A stretch of DNA of 38,596 nt from a virus (Duplodnaviria > Caudoviricetes). The notes beneath the pieces are model-generated. The model saw only the letters and a program-made list of their open reading frames with translations. It searched no databases and was not told where the DNA came from. Numbering within the stretch: position 1 is the stretch's first letter; every line of letters starts with the position of its first letter. Position numbers and translations under genes: made by a program. Shown here in pieces: positions 28,240 to 36,648 of the stretch. The stretch lies in IMG/VR virus record IMGVR_UViG_3300032257_000052, positions 1 to 38,596 of that record; one strand, written 5' to 3'.

Positions 28240-28292
28240 ATTATACGCCCTCTGTGATTATTTGCAAAGGGCGTTTTTATTTGTGCTAAACT
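28240..28292. promoter_or_regulatory. Back-to-back promoters around inverted repeat ACGCCCT/AGGGCGT
   Basis: Minus-strand TTGCAA-16-TATAAT; plus-strand TGcTAAACT at 28284-28292. Confidence 0.6.
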
Positions 28293-28301
28293 AACTTTAA
28301 T

Positions 28302-28376
28302 ACGCCATTAGCATAACGGTAATGCAGCAAACTCATAATTTGTCTTATTTAGGTTCGATTCCTTTGTGGCGTACCA
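28302..28376 (+). tRNA. tRNA with CAT anticodon (Met or Ile2), weak T-stem
   Basis: Acceptor ACGCCAT/GTGGCGT-A-CCA; D-arm GCAT..GG..ATGC; anticodon arm GCAAA-CTCATAA-TTTGT; GGTTCGATTCC; two T-T mismatches in the T-stem. Confidence 0.75.
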
Positions 28377-28378
28377 AT

Positions 28379-28600
28379 TTAATTATCTGTATAAACATTT
28401 AATAAAGCCTGCTTGCATTTTTCTAAAAGCCAGAGAACTTCTCCACCGTCTGCATAAGTCGATGCAAAGTACAGCTCGCCATCTTTATCATAGCCAATGA
28501 GAACAGCACTATCTAATTTAGATTTTGCAGACTCAATAACTGTATCAACGGGTAAATCGAGCTTAGTTATATTTCCTAACGGTATTACATTGTCATTCAT
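28379..28600 (-). CDS. Hypothetical protein
   Basis: 73 aa, AGGA RBS. Confidence 0.6.
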   Translation of the reverse strand: MNDNVIPLGNITKLDLPVDTVIESAKSKLDSAVLIGYDKDGELYFASTYADGGEVLWLLEKCKQALLNVYTDN

Positions 28601-28635
28601 TTTATATTTCCTATTAAGTTATGCTAAACTATTAT

Positions 28636-28690
28636 CTCAAACCTCTCCTCCCACTTGGTGAGTATGATTAAGCCTCTTTATTGAGGCTTT
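28636..28690 (+). ncRNA. Putative two-hairpin small RNA, copy 2
   Basis: Shares TATGCTAAACTATTATCTCAAA and TGATTAAGCCTC flanks with copy 1; terminator-like AAGCCTC..GAGGCTTT. Confidence 0.5.
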
Positions 28691-28691
28691 G

Positions 28692-31057
28692 TTATTTTAA
28701 AGAGCCTTTCTCTATATTTAGTGTATTTGAGCCATAATTAGCTCCAGATGGTGCCATACAGTTTCTTGCTCCATCGCACCCGCAATCAGGAAAGCAGCAA
28801 TTTTTAAAATCCGCTTCCGTGTTTCCATAATCATCAACCTCTTCATCATCGCCAAGTAATTCATCGAATAGTACATTAAGCCTGTCTTTTGTTTCTTGTG
28901 TGATTTCTGTCATTTCTATTCTCCTGTTAACCCCTGGTGTGCGCTATAAATCAATTTTTATTCCAGTCTCATAAAGATGAAGGCAAAAAAGACCGTTCTC
29001 CCATGTATCGTGCCCTAAATCCTTATGAATGAATTGATAATTTTCGTACTTCCAAGCCCTTCCGTATCTATCTTTTAGCTCAAAACCTTCATGGTCTATT
29101 AAGTCATTTATAAATTCTTTCACGCTTTTGTATTTCTTGAATGCACTCATCGTTATACCCTCTATAGGTGGTTATTAATTTTAATCACTATGACTAACAG
29201 TTGGGCCCATGTGATAGCAGCTATAGCCAGAACCTAAGTTATTTAGTTCATTTCCATGTTGCTTTACATCCCCATCGTTTAGCTTTTCCCCGCATTCCGA
29301 GCATATAGGCCGGTCTTTGCTGTCTTTTTCAAGCTTAAAGTTACGGTGCCCACACTTGCTGCATATCTTCATTGTTATTCCTCCACATATTCTATATGTA
29401 CATCTTGCCATTCTGACCAGATAGGGGGCTGAAGCTCGTTAGCTACTTCAAGCATGTTTTGCACTACTCTTGTTTGCAGAACTGGCTCGCCCTTTATCTT
29501 TTCAATCATGCCGTCATGGTGCTGTATCGTTTTTCTTGGCGTTAACCATCTCATTTCTATCATTGTTATTCCTTCCCTTTTATAGGTGGTTAAACAGCGC
29601 AGTAATTGCCTTCACCGCGTTCATTTAGTATTTCATGTACCATTTCATCACTAATGTAATATGTGTCGCTGTCGCTGCTGTATGTGAAGCTATCGACCTC
29701 ATTTTCACCCATATCATCCCAAATAACCTTAAGCTCATATGTAGACAATCCTCTAGCAAATTCCATATCTGTTTTAGGCTGGCTTTGCTTGAATTTAATT
29801 ACATCACCCATCATCATTCTTCCATCAAAGAATCAATTTCATTATCGAGATCAGATCCGTTCAAAACTAAATTATCCGGCGTTTTTCCGGCAAATAATCC
29901 TCCATTAAAAATAGAATTAATATCAGCATCACGCAAATAACGATAGCGCCTTGCATCTGCTTCTAGTTCGGTCTCCTTTGGTTTATTAATTAATCCAAGC
30001 TCTTCCAGTCTTGCACAAACAGCATCTTCACCAGCGCGTACTTTTGAGGCTTTAATCGTATTTATTAAATCATTCATTGTTATTCCTTCTCTTCTATTGT
30101 GGTTGCGGCCTGCGATCTTTGCTCATCATTAAGGCCGATTGAGTTCATTAGATAGTCGTCAAACTTAATCATTAAGCCGTTCATCGCTTCCAGGTGCTTT
30201 GCTTCCAGTTCTTCAATCTTAACCCATGCTTCATTTCTGTCATTAATTAGACCCTGAACTTTTTCATTGTGCTCATCCTTGCCTATGCTGGTGTCGGCTA
30301 ATATGTATTTAGGCTCTCCCTGTGGCTCTTCCTGCCAGTATCCGCCGATTTCATTTCCATCCAGATCACGCGCCATTCCTGCATAAACTACTTCTGGCAT
30401 ATCTGTTTTATTAGTCATATCTATTTGCTCATTGGTGGCTTAATAATGCCACGGATTACTCTTGCATCTATAGCGTAGGCCATACGATCAAACCCATTAA
30501 GCCCGAGTGAATCCATTTGCCTAACTATCTCAGCATCAAACTCTTGATCCTCCTTATAGATGGCTTTTTCTTCTTCGCTTGCTGGATCGCAATCATCATC
30601 TATAAGCTCGTATGTGACCTTGTATTTAGCTATTTTGTATTTAGCCTTGTCCTTATACACGTCGTGGCAATTCGACGACCTAGCCTCTTCAATTGAAGAA
30701 AATTCATACACATCATGGTAACTTCTACTGTAGACGCCTTCAGTCTCACCAGCTTTATTAATTATTTTGTATACTTCACTCATTTTTTGTTGCCTCTATG
30801 TTGTTAGCTATAAAATCAAGCTTCTTGCGGCTTTTTTGCAGCGTATAACCGCGTTTAGCCATGAACCATAAAAACCAATCTACTGTATAGATATGACCAT
30901 CAACCCAGCTCGGCGGGGTGAATCCGTTGCTATCCTGTGACGCGTCATAAAGCGAGTGCATCTCCTTAAATATAGCCTTTTGATCGTGAAAATCTCGCAT
31001 GTGTTCTGGTAAATACTCCATGCTTTTAAGCCATTTAGTTAACTCATCCATAATCAT
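28692..31057 (-). other. Cluster of small hypothetical early ORFs: 28692, 28944, 29181, 29375, 29590, 29814, 30080, 30421, 30776
   Basis: Tightly packed co-oriented ORFs with RBSs; two are Cys-rich; none assignable. Confidence 0.6.
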
Positions 31058-31063
31058 TCCCCT

Positions 31064-31258
31064 TTAATCATCAGGCCGTAAGGCTCTTTTACTAACTTTA
31101 CCGCGTGTTTGTCGCTGAATCTCTTTAGCGAATGCTGGGCCAGCTTGGATATGCCCATTAAATATATTTGATAAGCGAGCAACACTAGTTTTTAGTTTTA
31201 CCGCGAGTGCCTTTTTCTTTTCTGGTACAAGGCTCGACCAATATTCATTAGGTTTCAT
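31064..31258 (-). CDS. Cro-like HTH transcriptional regulator
   Basis: KKALAVKLKTSVARLSNIFNG...A.EIQRQTRGKVSKRALRPD is Cro/YdaS-like; first gene of the leftward arm; probable leaderless start at 31258. Confidence 0.8.
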   Translation of the reverse strand: MKPNEYWSSLVPEKKKALAVKLKTSVARLSNIFNGHIQAGPAFAKEIQRQTRGKVSKRALRPDD

Positions 31259-31264
31259 GTCTCT

Positions 31265-31356
31265 ATTATGCACGTTACTATATTATAGTCAATATATTAA
31301 TTATATTAGATTAATACAAATATTGTGTTGACAGTGATTTCAAATGAGCATAGTAT
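31265..31356. promoter_or_regulatory. Divergent early promoters (pR/pL-like)
   Basis: Minus-strand TTGACT-16-CATAAT at 31265-31292; plus-strand TTGACA-17-TAGTAT at 31328-31356; the strand switch point of the genome. Confidence 0.7.
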
Positions 31357-31528
31357 TTACCCATAGCCAACAGAAAGAAGATATAAGGCTATACCGATTA
31401 ACCAGCATTTAGAGAGGTGGCGCAAAATGGACTAACCTAACTTTATATATATTGAAAACCATAAGAGAGAATCCAGCTGGCTAAGAATATTTCTGGCTGG
31501 ATTCATTAAATAACAAAGGGGTTACACA

Positions 31529-31750
31529 ATGCCAATATACGACACAACAATAGGCGAAGATTTACCGGTCGAAATTGAGTACGAGGAAACCGGTCGATAC
31601 TTAGCACCAACAAAGACCAGCCCGAGTGAGTGGCCCGAGATTAAATTTATTTATATAACTGTCAATGGATGCAACATTCTAAAATCATTAAGTGATCGAA
31701 CGCTTTCTGATTTACGTGTTGAAATCCAGGACGAGATTAACAAGGGGTAA
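31529..31750 (+). CDS. Hypothetical protein
   Basis: First rightward ORF, AAGGGG RBS. Confidence 0.6.
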   Translation: MPIYDTTIGEDLPVEIEYEETGRYLAPTKTSPSEWPEIKFIYITVNGCNILKSLSDRTLSDLRVEIQDEINKG

Positions 31751-31944
31751 TGACAATGAAGTCTGATTTAGAGCTGTATAACGACTTTGCAATTAAATCG
31801 CTCATAGCGTACTGGAAAAGAGGCGGGGAGCGATTGGGTGATTACCTTCACTGTGCTGTGATGTGGAATAAAGGCGCGGCGGGTACAAATGACTTATTTT
31901 TCTTACAGCAGATAGTCGCTATTAAAAAAACATTGGGAAATTGA
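31750..31944 (+). CDS. Hypothetical protein
   Basis: Coupled to the upstream stop. Confidence 0.5.
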   Translation: MTMKSDLELYNDFAIKSLIAYWKRGGERLGDYLHCAVMWNKGAAGTNDLFFLQQIVAIKKTLGN

Positions 31945-31945
31945 T

Positions 31946-32260
31946 ATGAATCAAGAAAGACTTAATTACATAATCCCCATTCTACAGGCTATGGCCGATG
32001 GCAAAACTATTCTTGGCAGAAGCGGAGAAGGGTATGCGTTTATTGATATTGATGAAGATAAGTTTTTTATGAGTTCTGATATTGTTATTTTTTGGGAATT
32101 GAAAATAAAGCCAGAGCCTGAAGTTCTCTATGTTAATAAGTGGAATGAAGAAGCAAATCAGAAAAACTGTCATTCAAGCGAATCCAACGCCATTGCCGCA
32201 GCAAAAAATTCAGGGCATAAATATATCTACATAGCCAAGAAATTCACTGAGGGGGAATGA
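31946..32260 (+). CDS. Hypothetical phage protein
   Basis: LQAMADGKTI...KIKPEP pattern common in small phage ORFs. Confidence 0.6.
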   Translation: MNQERLNYIIPILQAMADGKTILGRSGEGYAFIDIDEDKFFMSSDIVIFWELKIKPEPEVLYVNKWNEEANQKNCHSSESNAIAAAKNSGHKYIYIAKKFTEGE

Positions 32261-32955
32261 ATATGACAATAATTAAAAGAAAGTTAATCCAGGGCACGCC
32301 CGAATGGAAAAATGCGCGGGTAGGCTGTATCACAATGAGTAATGCAAAGGCGTTACTTACAGATGGAAACGGCACTACCCGTAAAAACTATTTGCTCGAT
32401 GTGGCTAGTGAGGTCGCCTCTGGCGTATTGATTAGTAATATTAAATCAATTGATATAGACCGTGGAAATTTACTGGAAAGTTATGCCAGGCAGGCTTACG
32501 AGGAAATTACAGGGGAAATAGTGGAAGAGGTCGGAATAGGTTATTTAGATAAGCTTATGCGAATCGCGGCCAGCCCAGACGGCTTGATTAAGAAGGGCGG
32601 TATCGAGATAAAGTGCCCTAATCCTAAAGCTCATATGAGAACGATTTGCGCCGGTGAAGCGCCAAAAGAATATATTCCTCAAATGCAGGGCTGCATGTGG
32701 GTGTTTGATGTTGAACAATGGGATTATGTTTCATTCTGTCCACAATTTAGCAGTAAGCCAATAAAGATTATTACTCAGTATCGAGATGAGGAAATGATTA
32801 AAAAAATTAAAGACTCGGCACTAAAAGGCGTTGATGAAATTGACGAGTTTTTAGCGCTAGCAAATGAAAATCATAGTGATGCAGTTTATGAGATTTGCAA
32901 CCAGGCAATCTTTGCACTTGATGAACTGTATGACATAGAACCGGAGATTATCTAA
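32257..32955 (+). CDS. YqaJ/lambda-exonuclease-family recombination nuclease
   Basis: QGTPEWKNARVG.IT.S, RG..LE..AR, ASPDGL, EIKCP, QMQG.MWV, YVSFCP. Confidence 0.92.
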   Translation: MNMTIIKRKLIQGTPEWKNARVGCITMSNAKALLTDGNGTTRKNYLLDVASEVASGVLISNIKSIDIDRGNLLESYARQAYEEITGEIVEEVGIGYLDKLMRIAASPDGLIKKGGIEIKCPNPKAHMRTICAGEAPKEYIPQMQGCMWVFDVEQWDYVSFCPQFSSKPIKIITQYRDEEMIKKIKDSALKGVDEIDEFLALANENHSDAVYEICNQAIFALDELYDIEPEII

Positions 32956-33524
32956 TGGATGATATTTCAGAAACACTCGCAGCAAAGAGCGACCAATTAA
33001 ATGCGGCTGATTTAGTAGGCGGTGGGATCAACGTAACGATTCAAGCGGTTAAGGTTAACAAAGGCTCAGATCAGCCCGTTAGTATTGATATAGGTCAAGG
33101 AATGCAGCCATATAAGCCATGTAAGACCATGAGGCGGTTATTAGCTGCAATCTGGGGCACTTCAAGCGTAAATTGGGTTGGTCACAGCATGACGCTCTAT
33201 TGTGATATGGACGTAATGTGGGCGGGGCAGAAAGCAGGTGGTATAAGAATCTCACACGTTACCGGTATTTCAGCAAATCGTGATATTCCGCTAAGGTCAT
33301 CTAAGCATAAAGTGACCACGTATACTATTTCCCCGCTGGTGATTAAGTTGCCAGAATATACCGATGAAAGCATCGAGTCGCATTCGGATGAATGGTCGGA
33401 ATTATTCAGTAATGGCGCGTCAACACCGGATAAATTAATTACTTCTATTAGTAAAAAATTTACTATGAGCGAGGCGCAGAAAATAACAATTAATAACTTA
33501 AATAATGCTAATCAAAATGAATAG
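32955..33524 (+). CDS. Conserved phage protein in the recombinase/SSB slot
   Basis: KSDQLNAADL, YKPCKTMRR.L...WG, W.G.SMTLY.D..V...G...GGIRISH; coupled to the exonuclease. Confidence 0.6.
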   Translation: MDDISETLAAKSDQLNAADLVGGGINVTIQAVKVNKGSDQPVSIDIGQGMQPYKPCKTMRRLLAAIWGTSSVNWVGHSMTLYCDMDVMWAGQKAGGIRISHVTGISANRDIPLRSSKHKVTTYTISPLVIKLPEYTDESIESHSDEWSELFSNGASTPDKLITSISKKFTMSEAQKITINNLNNANQNE

Positions 33525-33753
33525 AAAAAACGGCAACCGATACACAGCACAAGGAAAGTGCGCCACTGACAAAATGTATGAATTTATAACCAGATGGCCG
33601 CGCTGCTTCTCTTCTGTGCAAATATCTATGTTTTGTGGAGTAAGTATTAACAGAGCATCAGATTTTTTAAGGTGTATGTATAAGAAAAGTAAAATAGATA
33701 AGGTCGGCTTAATTGGTGATCGCCGCGAAATTTACTACAAACTTAGATTTTAA
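33517..33753 (+). CDS. Small putative wHTH protein
   Basis: SSVQISMFCGVSINRASDFL resembles an HTH. Confidence 0.4.
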   Translation: MNRKNGNRYTAQGKCATDKMYEFITRWPRCFSSVQISMFCGVSINRASDFLRCMYKKSKIDKVGLIGDRREIYYKLRF

Positions 33754-33815
33754 CCGAGTCATAGCAAGACCCCTATTCCATCTCCTTATGGGGAGGGCTT
33801 TTAAGAGGATAGATT

Positions 33816-34019
33816 ATGTGCAATAAGGTTGGCTATGAAACAAAGCAAGAAGCCAAAAAGGATGCTGAATTTATTACAAAGTCATCCAGAACACAGAAGC
33901 AGAAAATTAGTAAGCCAAAGCATGGTAAGAAAATGCGGCCATATAAATGCAAATATTGCGGATTGTGGCACTTAACAACGCAAAAACAGTTTAAGTGGAG
34001 TAAATCCAAATCGGGGTGA
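33816..34019 (+). CDS. Small Zn-finger-like phage protein
   Basis: MCNKVGY...RPYKCKYCGLWHLTT. Confidence 0.65.
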   Translation: MCNKVGYETKQEAKKDAEFITKSSRTQKQKISKPKHGKKMRPYKCKYCGLWHLTTQKQFKWSKSKSG

Positions 34020-34210
34020 ATATTATGTTGATACAAAAAGAAAACGAAGAAAGAATAAATTATCTGTCCAGAGTTCTTTACAAGTTTATGGATAACACCG
34101 TTGCAGGCGAGGAAGTAATTGAATATGACGGTACAGAGTGTGACGGGTTTTGTTTAGCTCAAGATATTGTAAATGAACTAGATATTGATATAGAACAATT
34201 CGAGGACTGA
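34016..34210 (+). CDS. Hypothetical acidic protein
   Basis: ORF track, overlapping the upstream stop. Confidence 0.5.
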   Translation: MNIMLIQKENEERINYLSRVLYKFMDNTVAGEEVIEYDGTECDGFCLAQDIVNELDIDIEQFED

Positions 34211-34465
34211 TTATGGAATACAAAGACACACCAACCAGCATGACCGAGCCAGATAAGCCAGTGACCCGCCATAGACCCAAGGGCAGGGGGATTAATCCGG
34301 CAATGGATTTTATCGAGAATGACAGTGAGGAATTTGGTCAGGCACTGGCAGGGGGTAGAGCTTACCGTTCATCTGTTAATGTGAAATAATTACACGCTTT
34401 AGTTATTAATGAGGTATAATTATTACAAGTTAAACGAAACCAGATAGTAAATAAAGGGGAATGAC

Positions 34466-34594
34466 ATGTCAGATGATGCAAAAACACTACTTTACTGGAT
34501 GCAAGGTGCAAACGCTTTAGGCGCTACGGGTGATCAGCCTTATTGCAAATCATGTGCTAGAAAATGGGCTTCGTACATATTGGCTAACAATTAA
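34466..34594 (+). CDS. Small hypothetical protein (42 aa, not in the ORF track)
   Basis: AAGGGGA RBS; MSDDAKTLLYWMQGANALG...YCKSCARKW. Confidence 0.5.
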   Translation: MSDDAKTLLYWMQGANALGATGDQPYCKSCARKWASYILANN

Positions 34595-34647
34595 TCACTT
34601 TCTAAGCATCTTATTTAGGGTGCTTACATGGTGACTAAGGAATAAAT

Positions 34648-34821
34648 ATGACTCCAAGCGAACAATGCAAAGCTGCCGGATTAACCAAGGGTGTAGCTGA
34701 ATTATCAAGGCTGATACACGTTAGCCGCCGCACGTTAAATAATTGGTATAAATACAACCCGGACCGTTTTAACGCTGCATTAGAGAATGCGGCACTGATG
34801 AAGAAATCCAAGGAAGAATAG
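34648..34821 (+). CDS. Small HTH protein (57 aa, not in the ORF track)
   Basis: MTPSEQCKAAGLTKGVAELSRLIHVSRRTLNNWYKYNPDRF; AAGGA RBS. Confidence 0.7.
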   Translation: MTPSEQCKAAGLTKGVAELSRLIHVSRRTLNNWYKYNPDRFNAALENAALMKKSKEE

Positions 34822-35018
34822 CTTACCCGTTCAGGGCATTCAAATTTAGCGAATAACGACTAAGATTAAAGAACATTAAAGAGGTAGAAAACCATGAGTA
34901 ACCAAGAAGAAAAGAAAATCGAAGCATTAGCAAAGCTAAATCGTGATGAAACAATTAAATTGATTAAGCCTGAACTACGAAAAAGCTTGTATGAGGGCAC
35001 TAATTTAAAGGTGGATAA

Positions 35019-35318
35019 ATGAACCTTCAAAAGCAAAATAACTGGCGCAACAAGAAATATACAGACTGGGTTAAAACTCAGTGCAGCATTATATCGGGTA
35101 TGCCAGCAGATGATCCGCACCACATTATGGGACATGGATTAACAGGCGGCACTAAAGCGCCTGACTGGGCCGTTATTCCGCTTACACGACAAGAGCATAC
35201 AGACTTTCATAATACATCTATGGAGACATGGGAGGCTATGTATGGATCACAGGTAGATTTATTAATGCAGTTCTGGCGTGATAACTGGGACGAAATACAA
35301 GGGTTTTTCAGTAAATGA
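35019..35318 (+). CDS. DUF968/Ref-like HNH-related protein
   Basis: KYTDWVKTQ.S.ISG..ADDPHHIMGHG..GGTKA.D...IPL....HTDFH. Confidence 0.75.
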   Translation: MNLQKQNNWRNKKYTDWVKTQCSIISGMPADDPHHIMGHGLTGGTKAPDWAVIPLTRQEHTDFHNTSMETWEAMYGSQVDLLMQFWRDNWDEIQGFFSK

Positions 35319-35617
35319 GTAAGCACAGGAGGGCCGCTAAGGTAGATGCTAATCAGGGCGACATTGTGAAGGCTCTCAGGGCGATATCAGGCGTTACAGT
35401 ACAGTTAAGCATGGATGATATTTTAATCGGTTACAAGGACGTTAATTACTGGATTGAGATTAAGGAGCCAGATAGCGTAAGCCCGGTAACTGGCGAGGTT
35501 AGGCCCAGTGCAATTAAGCCCAGCCAGCATAAGCTAGTAGCAGAGTGGGAAGGGCAATATGATATTTGCCATGATATAGATCAAATATTATTAATTATTG
35601 GAGTAACTAATGTGTGA
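35315..35617 (+). CDS. PD-(D/E)xK nuclease, VRR-NUC-like (putative resolvase)
   Basis: RAAKVDANQ..IV.ALR, DILIGY.....WIEIK, Q.....EW.G. Confidence 0.7.
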   Translation: MSKHRRAAKVDANQGDIVKALRAISGVTVQLSMDDILIGYKDVNYWIEIKEPDSVSPVTGEVRPSAIKPSQHKLVAEWEGQYDICHDIDQILLIIGVTNV

Positions 35618-35779
35618 ATACTGCAACAACACCCGGTCAATTAATAACCTGCCATGCCCTCACTGTGTAGGTGATCTGAAATCTGATGAATTTAAGATCG
35701 AGCTATGCGAGGTCAACAGATATGATGTTGAATTTAAAAACACGCTTAGAAACATGTTTAACCCTAATGAGGCGATGAA

Positions 35780-36094
35780 ATGAGTGAATTAGTCAATGAA
35801 TATATAGAGGCTTCGCTAAGAGCTGAAGAGCTTAGAGAAATAGCTAGATACATTGAAGATCTGGCGGAGGAGAAAGCGGGTTCTGCTTGCCTTCCTAGGA
35901 ACTTAATGCCTGCTACTGCAAAAGACATAATCGAAGGTACTATTATTTGGTATCCAGAATGGGAAGAAGATGAAGGAAGATGCTGGAATGTAGTTGGTGA
36001 GGTTTTGAATCCGTCAGATAGTTTCAAAGCATACTACGCGCACGAAGGGTGCAGGTACGGACTGGAAGGCGCATTTGTTGAGCCAAACAAATGA
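35780..36094 (+). CDS. Hypothetical protein
   Basis: 104 aa, GAGG RBS. Confidence 0.6.
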   Translation: MSELVNEYIEASLRAEELREIARYIEDLAEEKAGSACLPRNLMPATAKDIIEGTIIWYPEWEEDEGRCWNVVGEVLNPSDSFKAYYAHEGCRYGLEGAFVEPNK

Positions 36095-36208
36095 ATAAAC
36101 TAATCTACGGCCTACTACTGGCTATCTGTTTATTTGCTTGCGGTGCTGAGGCTTGTGATATGTCAATAGATGAGATTGCAGGTGAACCTGTTGAAATAAG
36201 GATTAGTT

Positions 36209-36424
36209 ATGCAAATTAACAAAGTGGAGAAAATTATGAATATAGATAGCGCAATACAAAAAATACGATCAGTAAAAACTATGCCTGAACTAGATGAATT
36301 ACGCGGATTAACGGTTGAGGCTATGACTTCCGGAGGGAAAGAGGTATTTGATAAAGTGCAGAAAGAGTTTAGAAAATCAAAAAACAGATTAAAGCGAATA
36401 CCGCTAAAAGACAGAACTTGGTAG
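36209..36424 (+). CDS. Hypothetical protein
   Basis: ORF with RBS. Confidence 0.5.
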   Translation: MQINKVEKIMNIDSAIQKIRSVKTMPELDELRGLTVEAMTSGGKEVFDKVQKEFRKSKNRLKRIPLKDRTW

Positions 36425-36648
36425 AAATTAACATCAATCACATAATAGGGGATAGGTAATGGCGAACTTTAGGGTTTTGATGGCAAGAAATGGCTGTCGC
36501 GGCTTATGGTTATCGAAAGCAGCGATTAAGCAAAATTATATAAATCTTTCCAAAATGATTGGATATTTTAGCGCTTTGAAATAACAAAATAATAAGACGT
36601 TATCGGACTATATGCTGATATTTTAATGAAAACTACCTAACTCGGAAG

